A DNA stretch of 64,000 nt, from the IMG/VR virus record IMGVR_UViG_3300031998_000047; one strand, written 5' to 3'. The notes under the pieces are model-generated. The model searched no databases and was not told where the DNA came from. It saw only the letters and a list, made by a program, of their open reading frames with translations. Below, in pieces: positions 20,848 to 29,220 of this stretch. A program made the position numbers and the translations under genes. How positions within the stretch are numbered: the first letter of the stretch is position 1; every line of letters starts with the position of its first letter. The stretch is from an uncultured virus (IMG/VR IMGVR_UViG_3300031998_000047). Lineage: Duplodnaviria; Heunggongvirae; Uroviricota; Caudoviricetes.

Positions 20848-21183
20848 ATGGGTTGTAATGCAAACATAACAATCAATGCAGGTGGTCAGCCTTACATTGC
20901 GAACACACAAGTTACCGTAGGTACTGATTCTGTAAATGTTGCACTTGGTTGGAGACGTATTCAGCCAATCGGATATTTGACTATCCGTATGGAGAACGCT
21001 ATCCCTGCTGATACAACAACAACCTTGCCTATTACGCTTACACTTAACGGCGTAACAAGGCCGCTAACACTACCTAACGGAACTGCCGTAACGGTTGCGG
21101 ACGTGCTTGGAACTAACGTAATGCTTATCTTTAACGATAGGTTTAACGGCATATTGGCTCTTATGTCACGTACCGTAGTTTAA
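20848..21183 (+). CDS. Hypothetical beta-rich protein
   Basis: 111 aa in the same operon. Confidence 0.6.
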   Translation: MGCNANITINAGGQPYIANTQVTVGTDSVNVALGWRRIQPIGYLTIRMENAIPADTTTTLPITLTLNGVTRPLTLPNGTAVTVADVLGTNVMLIFNDRFNGILALMSRTVV

Positions 21184-21209
21184 TTAATAACTTATAAAAA
21201 CAAAACAAC

Positions 21210-21755
21210 ATGGATTTCAATAGTCTTGGGAGTGGTAATCCCTTCTATGTTTTAAGGCGCGGCGAAAAGCCCGTTTTGGAGGTTGGTGTGGTTAAGACAA
21301 AATCTCAGCCGCGTGCCAAGTTTCCGACGCAAACACCAAATGTTATGACTGGTATGCAGATGCAGCAGGTTATTGACATCGTGGCAACAATAAATGGCAA
21401 AGACGAAACATTTGCGGAGATTCCTATAAATGTCGAAATAGCAGCAAGAGGTAATGATACGTTCAGCGGTAGCCGCGAGGCAATGTTGCAAGCGGTTGAT
21501 GCGATGTTGCAGACATCAAAAAAAGCGATAGAGCAAGTGCCGTTTCACAAAAGCGTTATCTCGGAATCGGAAAAGATGCTTGAGGTGCTGAATCCGCAAT
21601 ATGCAGAAAATAAGCAAAACGCACGCGTCATTCAGTCTTTGCAGGAAAAGCAAAAGGCTCAAGATGCACAGCTTGCAGAACTAAAAGCGCAAAATTCCGA
21701 AATGCTTGCCATCCTACGCCAACTGAACGGTTCGGGAGGAAAGTCCCAAGGCTAA
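21210..21755 (+). CDS. Hypothetical protein with C-terminal coiled coil
   Basis: 181 aa in the same operon. Confidence 0.6.
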   Translation: MDFNSLGSGNPFYVLRRGEKPVLEVGVVKTKSQPRAKFPTQTPNVMTGMQMQQVIDIVATINGKDETFAEIPINVEIAARGNDTFSGSREAMLQAVDAMLQTSKKAIEQVPFHKSVISESEKMLEVLNPQYAENKQNARVIQSLQEKQKAQDAQLAELKAQNSEMLAILRQLNGSGGKSQG

Positions 21756-21782
21756 TGTTTTCCATTAAAAACAAATACGACT

Positions 21783-22016
21783 ATGGGATATATTTTTGTA
21801 GACAAGGAAAGTGAGGGCGGTGGAAAGATGCGTCAGCAAATGCGCCGTTCGATGCGTGGCGGCTACCGTCACGACGGCTATTCACCCATGATGCGTGGCG
21901 GCGACTACGAACAAGGCTACCGCATGGGCTACAAGCACGGTTGGGAGGATTCGGAGGATGACATGGACGAAATGGACATGCGTCGTGCCCGTGATTCGAA
22001 AGGCCGATACATCTAA
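21783..22016 (+). CDS. Small Arg/Gly/Met-rich protein
   Basis: 77 aa with MRGG repeats, ends RRARDSKGRYI. Confidence 0.55.
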   Translation: MGYIFVDKESEGGGKMRQQMRRSMRGGYRHDGYSPMMRGGDYEQGYRMGYKHGWEDSEDDMDEMDMRRARDSKGRYI

Positions 22017-22100
22017 AGAAAGGCGGGATTGGGTGGGTAAACTATCCAATCCTTGCCAATTCTTGCAACTTTTGAAAGAATTATCAAAAATCAACAAGTT

Positions 22101-22529
22101 ATGGCAAATACAATGATGAATTATTTAGTTCCCGAGGATATGCAGCAGTATCTTTCGTATTACGGCACGCATTTCAATAAGCTGCTTTGCGAGTTTGCCG
22201 TTAATAAGATGAAAAGGGAAGATAAGCAAACGGGCGTTATCAAACGTATAACACCGTTTACGATGGAGGAGTTAAAGGCTATGCTTGAAAAGTACAGCGT
22301 GAACATTGACACAAACGAGCAATACGACGCATTGTACTTGGCAAACATGGTTAAGGCCGACTATTGGGGCAGCAGTATCGAGGATGAAGAGCACATGGCT
22401 CGCTATATCGAAGATGTTATCTGCGACCCCGACGGTTATGAAGGGCTGGTATTTAACCGTTTCCTTGCCGATTGTGGCGGTAAGGGCATTGTTATCTTTT
22501 GGGAGAATATGATACACTCAGCATGGTAG
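22101..22529 (+). CDS. Hypothetical protein
   Basis: Likely start MANTMM; YG.HFN, YLANM.KAD and DPDGY motifs. Confidence 0.6.
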   Translation: MANTMMNYLVPEDMQQYLSYYGTHFNKLLCEFAVNKMKREDKQTGVIKRITPFTMEELKAMLEKYSVNIDTNEQYDALYLANMVKADYWGSSIEDEEHMARYIEDVICDPDGYEGLVFNRFLADCGGKGIVIFWENMIHSAW

Positions 22530-22535
22530 GGCTTT

Positions 22536-22922
22536 ATGATTGAAACGAAATACATAGATGTCGACGGTCGCTGGGGTATCATCGTGAACTGCGGATATGA
22601 TATTACCGATTACGACGACCTTTGGGCTATAATGCGCAGCTTTGGCATGTCGGATAGGAACGCAGGCAGGGCTTTGAAGATTCTATCGAACTACAATACG
22701 GGTATGGCCGTATCTAACGCAGATATACGCATGTCGGCCATATTCGTAAGCAAAGCCACATCGCCAAGCGAGTTTTGGTCTACGCTAATCCATGAAATAA
22801 AGCACGTAGCCGACGCGATTATCGAGTACTACGGTGTTGATTGGGATGGCGAGGATGCGGCATATCTTACTGGTTACATAACCAAATGTGCGGTAGAGGA
22901 GATAGGCGAGCCGTGCAGATAA
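22536..22922 (+). CDS. HExxH metallopeptidase-like protein
   Basis: IHEIKH followed by GEDAAY. Confidence 0.5.
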   Translation: MIETKYIDVDGRWGIIVNCGYDITDYDDLWAIMRSFGMSDRNAGRALKILSNYNTGMAVSNADIRMSAIFVSKATSPSEFWSTLIHEIKHVADAIIEYYGVDWDGEDAAYLTGYITKCAVEEIGEPCR

Positions 22923-23007
22923 TGTTTTTTGGGCGTTTTAAGCGCGTTTTTCATCGCAGGTCGGTAAAGTGTATCAAAACGAAAAGAAAAGCCGTTAGCG
23001 GGTAAAT

Positions 23008-23040
23008 AACCGTGGTTATACAAAAAATATAACCACGGTT
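23008..23040. terminator. Perfect 13-bp inverted repeat where the plus and minus arms converge; probable bidirectional terminator
   Basis: AACCGTGGTTATA-CAAAAAA-TATAACCACGGTT. Confidence 0.65.
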
Positions 23041-23131
23041 TGTATTAGTTTTTGTATTTCCACATAAATTCGATTTACCTTACCTCGTTGTCGTTAAGTT
23101 TTGTTTTCATAACGCTTTCTTCATTTTTTTA

Positions 23132-23534
23132 TTATACATTTTCGTAACCGTCTTTTTCCAAAGCCCACCTTGTTAGGTGTTCCAGCAGATATGTAAAGCT
23201 TTCGTTGTTGCCATCGTAAGAATATTCTACATGGCAAAAGTTAAGCACATGGAATGTTGCATGTAGCAATTCATGTGCCAATACAGCGTATTCTTTGGGG
23301 CTGTGCGGATATTTCGGAATAAGGACAACACCTTGCCCGTCTTGGTTGTTATAGTTGAAAGATGCCCATACCGACATTATCTTCATCAAGTTTTTCAACC
23401 ATTTCCGCAAAGCCTTTATCAGTTCCATCCGTGTATTCCCTCTTAACCCAAGCCTTAAACTCCTTTAGCGAGCCAATGAATATTGAAATGCCACGTTTAT
23501 AGATGTCGCATGGAATGTATTTTACCTTTGCCAT
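23132..23534 (-). pseudogene. HExxH protein gene split by an apparent 1-nt frameshift
   Basis: Removing one G at 23365-23367 joins ORFs 23349-23534 and 23132-23428 (...DNVGM/ASFNYNN...AHELLH...NESFTY). Confidence 0.55.
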
Positions 23535-23552
23535 GTTTCGCTATTTTACATT

Positions 23553-24182
23553 TTACAATGTTGCTATATCGGGATAGAAACGACGCTCATCCTCCGACCA
23601 TTGGTACACTTGGCCGCAATGCTGGCATTTGCAATGAATACCAGCATGTGCCTCGAACTCATGGCCGCACTTGGTACACAAGGCGTTAAACGGGTCGTGA
23701 ATCTGTATGAAATGCTTTTGGAAGCTGTCGCCCGAATCCAATGCGCCCTGCTCATACATCATCTTGATAAGCGATATAACGTCCTTTACGCTTGCGTCGT
23801 CAAGACTACCGCTATCGCCAACACGGTTATGCAGGAGGTTTGCGAGCAACTGTTGGATGTCAGCACCGCTGAACTTATAGTCTTCGAGCGTGCTGGCCTT
23901 GGCTTGAATGTCGCTTTGGTAGGCATCTTCAAGGTAGTCTTTAAGATGCACGCACTCTTGCTGTTGGAGCATAACCTCCGCAGGCTTGGTGAACTTTGCA
24001 ATATATTCCTGCTCATCCTCCGTGCCTATTTCACGGGCAAAGTTGGCTGCGTCGTAGACCATAGCATACGCCGTAGCAGCATCCTCGCCCAATACGACCT
24101 GCGCCACGAAAAGATACTGCTTTGCATCAAAGCTGATACCCCTTGTAAAAAGAACGTTCTTTGTATCTAAGTATGATAGCAT
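23553..24182 (-). CDS. Zn-ribbon protein, possibly terminase small subunit-like
   Basis: C-terminal CTKCG...CQHCG; N-terminal helical ATAYAMVY segment. Confidence 0.4.
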   Translation of the reverse strand: MLSYLDTKNVLFTRGISFDAKQYLFVAQVVLGEDAATAYAMVYDAANFAREIGTEDEQEYIAKFTKPAEVMLQQQECVHLKDYLEDAYQSDIQAKASTLEDYKFSGADIQQLLANLLHNRVGDSGSLDDASVKDVISLIKMMYEQGALDSGDSFQKHFIQIHDPFNALCTKCGHEFEAHAGIHCKCQHCGQVYQWSEDERRFYPDIATL

Positions 24183-24186
24183 AGTG

Positions 24187-24600
24187 TTAATTCATTATGA
24201 TTTCACGGAATACGTATTTATCATAGCCAGCATCCCTATTCATCTGCCGAACCTTGAGCTTTACAAGCTTTCTACGCAAAGGATAGTCGCGAACCTGCTC
24301 CGTAATCTTGGATTTTATCTCCTCGATAACGTATTTCTGCGACTTTACCTCGAAATAATAGAAATCACAATGATACTTTACGGGATGCTCGTCAAAAACC
24401 TCTTTCAGAACATCTTTTGTTTTTTTGTGTTCTATCTCGATGCGCGTTTGCTTTGGTAATAGTTCAAACTCCTTTTGCAGCGTTAGGTCGCGGATAATTC
24501 CTTTCTTTTCCATGTTGGAAAGCAGGATATAACGGTCACGCTCTTTCGTTGAATCGAACGTGAAACCGCCATATCTTACTTTCTTGTTGAAATACTTCAT
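24187..24600 (-). CDS. DUF1064-like PD-(D/E)XK nuclease
   Basis: KYFNKK...FDS.KE..RY, Q.EFEL, Y.CDF.Y and IEEIK motifs. Confidence 0.7.
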   Translation of the reverse strand: MKYFNKKVRYGGFTFDSTKERDRYILLSNMEKKGIIRDLTLQKEFELLPKQTRIEIEHKKTKDVLKEVFDEHPVKYHCDFYYFEVKSQKYVIEEIKSKITEQVRDYPLRRKLVKLKVRQMNRDAGYDKYVFREIIMN

Positions 24601-24605
24601 ACGGC

Positions 24606-25016
24606 CTATCCGATGGTATCTACAAAGCTGGTACGTGTAACACCGTCGAGGCGCATGTTGTAGCCCTGCATCAGCCATTCGTTCATAAAGCTGTGTGCCT
24701 TATCGAATGATGATGCGTACAAGGCCATCTTGTAAACAAGCTCCTTTTCCTCGCCATCTTCGTCAATCTGAACATCAACGACGTGCGCAATGAAGATTTT
24801 CTCCTCATCGGTGGAACGGCTGTTAAGAATCTCCTTGATTTTGGAACGCTTAACGGCCACGACATCAAGGTCTGTATGTCCTTCACATTCCTCAAATGTC
24901 TGCTCCTCGGCATCGCCGTGATTGGCAGCATCCATAACGATGAACTTTTGTTTTCTTACTTTATCGTTGCCGTTCATATCGACCTCGACAAATTGTACAG
25001 TGCTCTCGTAAATCAT
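24606..25016 (-). CDS. DUF4494-like protein
   Basis: Two-fold repeated KFIV.DA..H.DAE / MALYASSF.KA pattern. Confidence 0.55.
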   Translation of the reverse strand: MIYESTVQFVEVDMNGNDKVRKQKFIVMDAANHGDAEEQTFEECEGHTDLDVVAVKRSKIKEILNSRSTDEEKIFIAHVVDVQIDEDGEEKELVYKMALYASSFDKAHSFMNEWLMQGYNMRLDGVTRTSFVDTIG

Positions 25017-25028
25017 AACTTAAAAATT

Positions 25029-25520
25029 TTATTGTTTATCGGGTTTTATTTCTACCTTTACGCCTTTCGGTTGTGTAACATATATAGTGACCGTTTCCTG
25101 CGGCAGATACGCCTGCTTGATTGAATCCCGCAGTTTGATGATATGCTTGATGATAGTCCAGCGTTTAACCCAAATGGGCTCTTGGGCTACCAATAATGCC
25201 ATCTTGTTTATGCTTTGCCCTATACCGTTAGGCGTGAACTTACAGCCGCTTTTGGCTGTTGTACGCATGGCAATCTTATCGTATGTTTCATTCGTCATGT
25301 AACGGATGGCATACCAATACAGCCAACGCGCCTGCGCCAAATAAGCAACAGATGAATTAGTCAGCATTTCGGCACAATCCACGTTACACAGCGATGCAAC
25401 AATATCGGCCATGTAATCCTCGATGCGGCTTTCATGCTGGCGCAACAAATCGCAAGCTTTCTCGATGTTTTCGGTCTCGAGTCGCTGCCAATCGTTCTTT
25501 ATCTTGTCGTCGTTTTTCAT
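25029..25520 (-). CDS. Possible HTH protein resembling the DnaA C-terminal domain
   Basis: AR.L.WY..R..T.ETY.KIA helix pattern. Confidence 0.35.
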   Translation of the reverse strand: MKNDDKIKNDWQRLETENIEKACDLLRQHESRIEDYMADIVASLCNVDCAEMLTNSSVAYLAQARWLYWYAIRYMTNETYDKIAMRTTAKSGCKFTPNGIGQSINKMALLVAQEPIWVKRWTIIKHIIKLRDSIKQAYLPQETVTIYVTQPKGVKVEIKPDKQ

Positions 25521-25942
25521 GCCTTGCGCTTTTTTTCGTTGATACTTAGCAAAAGTGTTTGTTCGGATAATGGCAGTCGCTCCACGAAAAGATTAAGGCG
25601 GTGCTTTTCCTTGCCTAATATCTTATCCCAAACGCCCTCAATCTTGAACTTGAACCGCATAAACATGAAATCGCCAGCAAAGGCCACCACACCGTCGGGG
25701 TTAATCTGTTTCTTCATGTATATCTGCAATGCAGGCTTGCGCTCCCTTGTGCTGTAGCTTTGCGTTTCGTGATTGTACTGCATGATTGGCTTGCGCTTGA
25801 TGAAACAGAAAATATTGCCATCCTTTTTGAAGAACTGCGCCTCTATTGGCGAAAGGTCGATACCTTCGACAGTCAATTGGCCGCTGTACCCACCTTGCGC
25901 CACCCTTTCGATATGTCCGTTTATGTAGTCGCCGTAATCCAT
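25517..25942 (-). CDS. Hypothetical protein
   Basis: 141 aa, coupled to the next gene. Confidence 0.55.
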   Translation of the reverse strand: MDYGDYINGHIERVAQGGYSGQLTVEGIDLSPIEAQFFKKDGNIFCFIKRKPIMQYNHETQSYSTRERKPALQIYMKKQINPDGVVAFAGDFMFMRFKFKIEGVWDKILGKEKHRLNLFVERLPLSEQTLLLSINEKKRKA

Positions 25943-26197
25943 AGGGCTTATTTGTTAGAAACAAACAAATCCTTGCTTTGCGTAGACATGTATGTCGGCT
26001 GTAACGGATTGTTGAACGTTGCAACGCATAGCCACACCCTGCGGGTGAAAAGCAGGCGCAACGCCTCCCAAAGAGAAAGTTTCCAACACGAAACAACCTC
26101 ACCGTCGTCAAATCTTAACGCTGGCAGTTCCTCTAAGCTTTCTTGGCCTTTACCGTACACGGTGTTTGCCTCCTTGAATTTAATCGGTTTCATATTT

Positions 26198-26602
26198 CTA
26201 ATATTCAAAAGTTTTTTCTTTAACCTCCCATCCTTGGCACGATTCCAACACACGTTGCAGATAACGGCCTTTGCCCGAATTGGGCGCAGTTTTCGTCATA
26301 TCATCCTTTACATAAGACTCAAGCTCTTGCAACATTTCGGCTATCGTAAGGTGGCCGCTGTTATCGTATGCTTTCTCCCAATCCGTGTTTTCGGTATTGG
26401 CGTATTCACGCCCGTCCTCATCATCGTATTCGGGTGCATAGTCGTTTGTCGTTACCGTAACGGCCTTGCTTATAACGAACTCGACGTCAATATCGAAGTC
26501 GCGTTCGGGAATTATCGGCTCGTTAAAAGGAGCATTGTCCCACTCGCTCTGCGACATGGGTGGATAATTGCTATTTGGACTTAAACTTTCATTATAACTC
26601 AT
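26198..26602 (-). CDS. Hypothetical acidic protein
   Basis: 134 aa; NYPP...DNAPFNE motif. Confidence 0.55.
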   Translation of the reverse strand: MSYNESLSPNSNYPPMSQSEWDNAPFNEPIIPERDFDIDVEFVISKAVTVTTNDYAPEYDDEDGREYANTENTDWEKAYDNSGHLTIAEMLQELESYVKDDMTKTAPNSGKGRYLQRVLESCQGWEVKEKTFEY

Positions 26603-26669
26603 TTTCGCTTTTTGATTTATGCTTTCCTTTTTTACACTTATTAAATTATGTTAAGTGTGGGTAATTACT

Positions 26670-27824
26670 TTATTTGTCTTGAATAAGCATCGGCATTGCA
26701 AGCGCAAGATACGAGGTGTTATCCTTTTGCGTAGCTGGCATGAATACGCCTGCACGCATGGAATCCTTTAAGTAGACCTTTACGGAATCATCATCAATGC
26801 TTTGCAGAACGGCCATAATCACGCTGCCCTTGAATCCAATCTGTAGGTCGGGACTGGCATAGTCGCAGGAAATGTTTTCGCTTGCGGTACGGCTGAAATC
26901 GTAGTCCTCCGCGCTAATCTCCATGTTACCCATCGTAAACTTAAAGCTTATAAGCTCGCTTGATGCGTTACTCATCGGCAGCACACGTTTCATGGCGGCA
27001 AGGAAAGCTGCCTTATCAATAGTGGTAACGATGGTGTTTTCCCTTGGGATGACGCTTTCATAGTTAGGATAACGGCCTTCGATAAGGCTGGTGTTCAATG
27101 TAAAGCAATCGGCAATTGCGAATGTGGCACATCTGTCGTTAAAGGTGATGCTTACGTCGCCGCCGAACTGATTAAGCAGATTACGAAGCAATCCAGCTGG
27201 TTTCTTTGGCAAAGTGAACCCGCAAACCTCCACGTTATCGCCTTCGGGAATGATAGACAAATCCTTGAACTTTGCGAGCTTGTAACCGTCGCTTGCAACG
27301 GCTACCATACCATCGGCAAAGAACTCAAGGCGTATGCCATTCATTACGGGGCGTAATTCATCGTTAGCGGTGGCGTAATCGGGCTTATTTACTGCGTAAA
27401 GCAGCTTATCAGCGTCGATAACCTTGCTTTTTGAATCGCTGGCGTCCATATTGGGCTTTGGATATTCCGTAGCATCCTCGTAGGCCATCGTAAAACGTCC
27501 ATTACCGTAATCACATTCTACGGTGTGATGCTCGGCATCCAATGTCATACAAACCTGCTTTCCTTTCAGATTGCATAATGCCTTGTAGAAGTCAACAGCA
27601 GCGATGCAGATTTCAAAGCTATCATCAAAGCTAAGATGTGGTGCTTCGATGGTGAGCCATGTTTCCGAATCGCTGGCTGTGAACGTAAGCCCCCTTTGGG
27701 CTTCCATGTCTGTTTTGATTAAAATGTCGCCAAGGATAGGCAGGGGATTTTTTGAATTAACTACGCCTACAACTTGCGATAAGCGGGGCAGCCATTCATC
27801 CGTGTTGAACCTAATTTTACTCAT
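26670..27824 (-). CDS. dnaN: DNA polymerase III beta sliding clamp
   Basis: 384 aa; PILGDIL, ASDSE, DELRPVMNG, VASDGYKLA, LIEGRYPNYESVIP and C-terminal AMPM motifs. Confidence 0.93.
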   Translation of the reverse strand: MSKIRFNTDEWLPRLSQVVGVVNSKNPLPILGDILIKTDMEAQRGLTFTASDSETWLTIEAPHLSFDDSFEICIAAVDFYKALCNLKGKQVCMTLDAEHHTVECDYGNGRFTMAYEDATEYPKPNMDASDSKSKVIDADKLLYAVNKPDYATANDELRPVMNGIRLEFFADGMVAVASDGYKLAKFKDLSIIPEGDNVEVCGFTLPKKPAGLLRNLLNQFGGDVSITFNDRCATFAIADCFTLNTSLIEGRYPNYESVIPRENTIVTTIDKAAFLAAMKRVLPMSNASSELISFKFTMGNMEISAEDYDFSRTASENISCDYASPDLQIGFKGSVIMAVLQSIDDDSVKVYLKDSMRAGVFMPATQKDNTSYLALAMPMLIQDK

Positions 27825-27860
27825 CTTTCTTATGATTAAAAAATAAATGTTTCAAATGTG

Positions 27861-27934
27861 TGCGCCTTGACAGACTCGAACTGCCGACCCACGGATTAAA
27901 AATCCGTTGCTCTAACCAACTGGGCTAAAAGCGC
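27861..27934 (-). tRNA. tRNA-Lys(UUU)
   Basis: Cloverleaf; anticodon arm ACGGA-TTTTTAA-TCCGT; TTCGA T loop; CCA not encoded. Confidence 0.9.
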
Positions 27935-27937
27935 AAG

Positions 27938-28032
27938 TGACCGCCACCTTAACCGTTCCATAAAGGTCTATGGAGTCGAACCATAGAACGTGGCATTTAC
28001 CTAATCTCGGTCAACGAGCCGACTCGAACGGC
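27938..28032 (-). ncRNA. Unclassified tRNA-like RNA with two T-loop hairpins
   Basis: GCCG-TTCGAGT-CGGC and CTATGG-TTCGACT-CCATAG; closing stem TGACCG/CGGTCA; no anticodon arm. Confidence 0.45.
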
Positions 28033-28037
28033 ATTCG

Positions 28038-28350
28038 TGGAGGTAAAGGGAGTCGAACCCTTGTCTTGCCAACTTATCATAGAAACTTGTTACGTGCGTC
28101 GGGGCTGACCAGCTTTTATAACTTGGACGAGCGTTCCACCACCAAGTTTGTCGTCTAACTTGGAAATCCACATTTGCCGTGACCTTTATGTTCCTTCGCA
28201 AGTCACCCGCGAGGTGCTTATGCGGCGATGCGCATTGTAGCACGGGGAGTCATATTGACAACCTTAGCATTTATTGTTTTTACCATTTCAAAGCATGATT
28301 GCTTGCACGATTTCTTACCATCAATTGACAATCAAAACCAAAATACCCCC
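28038..28350 (-). ncRNA. ssrA: tmRNA
   Basis: 5' GGGGGTA pairs with 3' TACCTCC-A (G3-U70). T arm AAGGG-TTCGACT-CCCTT preceded by GAC. ATAAAT-GCT resume context; tag ORF 28268-28218 = AKVVNMTPRATMRIAA*. Confidence 0.92.
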
Positions 28351-28356
28351 GTATCA

Positions 28357-28433
28357 TGGTGGAGAATGTGAGACTCGAACTCACGACCCTCTGCTTGCAA
28401 AGCAGATGCTCTAACCAACTGAGCTAAAACCCC
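28357..28433 (-). tRNA. tRNA-Ala(UGC)
   Basis: TCTGC-TTTGCAA-GCAGA; G3-U70; CCA encoded; two U-U mismatches in the acceptor stem. Confidence 0.85.
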
Positions 28434-28455
28434 AAAACAAAAAAGAACACTTTCG

Positions 28456-28526
28456 TTACCCCAATAGGACTCGAACCTATTCAAACAGAACCAAAATCTG
28501 TTGTGCTACCATTACACCATAGGGCA
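28456..28526 (-). tRNA. tRNA-Gln(UUG)
   Basis: ACAGA-TTTTGGT-TCTGT; U1-A72. Confidence 0.88.
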
Positions 28527-28533
28527 ATTTTAG

Positions 28534-28661
28534 TCGCGAAAGAAGGAATTGAACCTCCACCAGAAATGTACTCGACAAATCCACCTTGCTTATTCCCCGC
28601 GTTCTTATTCACATAACCTCCCGTACCATCTACGGGCGTGCTACCGTTACACCATTTCGCG
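28534..28661 (-). ncRNA. Atypical tRNA-like RNA with a ~60-nt variable region and non-canonical anticodon loop
   Basis: Acceptor CGCGAAA/TTTCGCG; D arm GTGT-AACGGTA-GCAC; CCCGT-AGATGGT-ACGGG; T arm GGAGG-TTCAATT-CCTTC. Confidence 0.65.
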
Positions 28662-28666
28662 TTTTG

Positions 28667-28754
28667 CGGCGAGTAAAGGGCTCGAACCTTTGCGCCATTT
28701 TACTGACCTAAGACGTTAGCAATGTCTCCCCTTCACCAACTTGGGTAACTCGCC
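28667..28754 (-). tRNA. tRNA-Ser(GCU)
   Basis: AGACA-TTGCTAA-CGTCT, long variable arm, G73. Confidence 0.85.
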
Positions 28755-28764
28755 GTGTGCTTAG

Positions 28765-28856
28765 AGGAGGAAGTGGGACTCAAACCCACACACCGCTTTT
28801 ACACGATTACTGGTAGTTTTCAAGACTACTGCCTTATCAATTAGGCTTATTTCTCC
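28765..28856 (-). tRNA. tRNA-Ser(UGA), divergent
   Basis: GTAGT-CTTGAAA-ACTAC, long variable arm; T loop TTTGAGT and D loop lacking GG are atypical. Confidence 0.7.
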
Positions 28857-28862
28857 AATTTG

Positions 28863-28944
28863 TTGCGGTAGCAGGAGTCGAACCCGCAATTTTCGGGATA
28901 TGAGCCCGACGTGGTTTATAAATATCCAATTCCACTATACCGCG
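28863..28944 (-). tRNA. Initiator tRNA-fMet(CAU) with enlarged D loop
   Basis: C1:A72 mismatch; GGG/CCC anticodon stem; loop CTCATAT; D loop AATTGGATATTTATAAA. Confidence 0.8.
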
Positions 28945-29149
28945 ATGTTTGATAAAAGAGCCTATTCCGTTATCTCAACGTTTCGGCACTCAGAATAGAA
29001 TAATATGAAAAATAAAAAATAATATGAAATTTACTTTGTTCAACATTTAATGTGGTTAAAAAGCCTACTACTTTCACAAGCCTTGGCCTTTGTACGTATT
29101 AATTTTATTTATAGGCATTTATCCAAAAAGAATAATTTATCATCGTGTG

Positions 29150-29212
29150 CAAAGGTAATACTTTCTTTTGGATATACAAAGGAAAACAAAATCTTTAACA
29201 CTTATTTAACAC
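29150..29212 (-). promoter_or_regulatory. Promoter of the tRNA/tmRNA operon with upstream GTGTTAAA direct repeat
   Basis: TTTG(29180-29177)-19 nt-TACCTTTG(29157-29150); GTGTTAAA-N3-GTGTTAAA at 29212-29194. Confidence 0.7.
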
Positions 29213-29220
29213 ATATAAGG

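Noticed and set aside
27970..28243. ORFs overlapping the tmRNA
   Set aside because: Explained by the tmRNA; only the tag frame is supported
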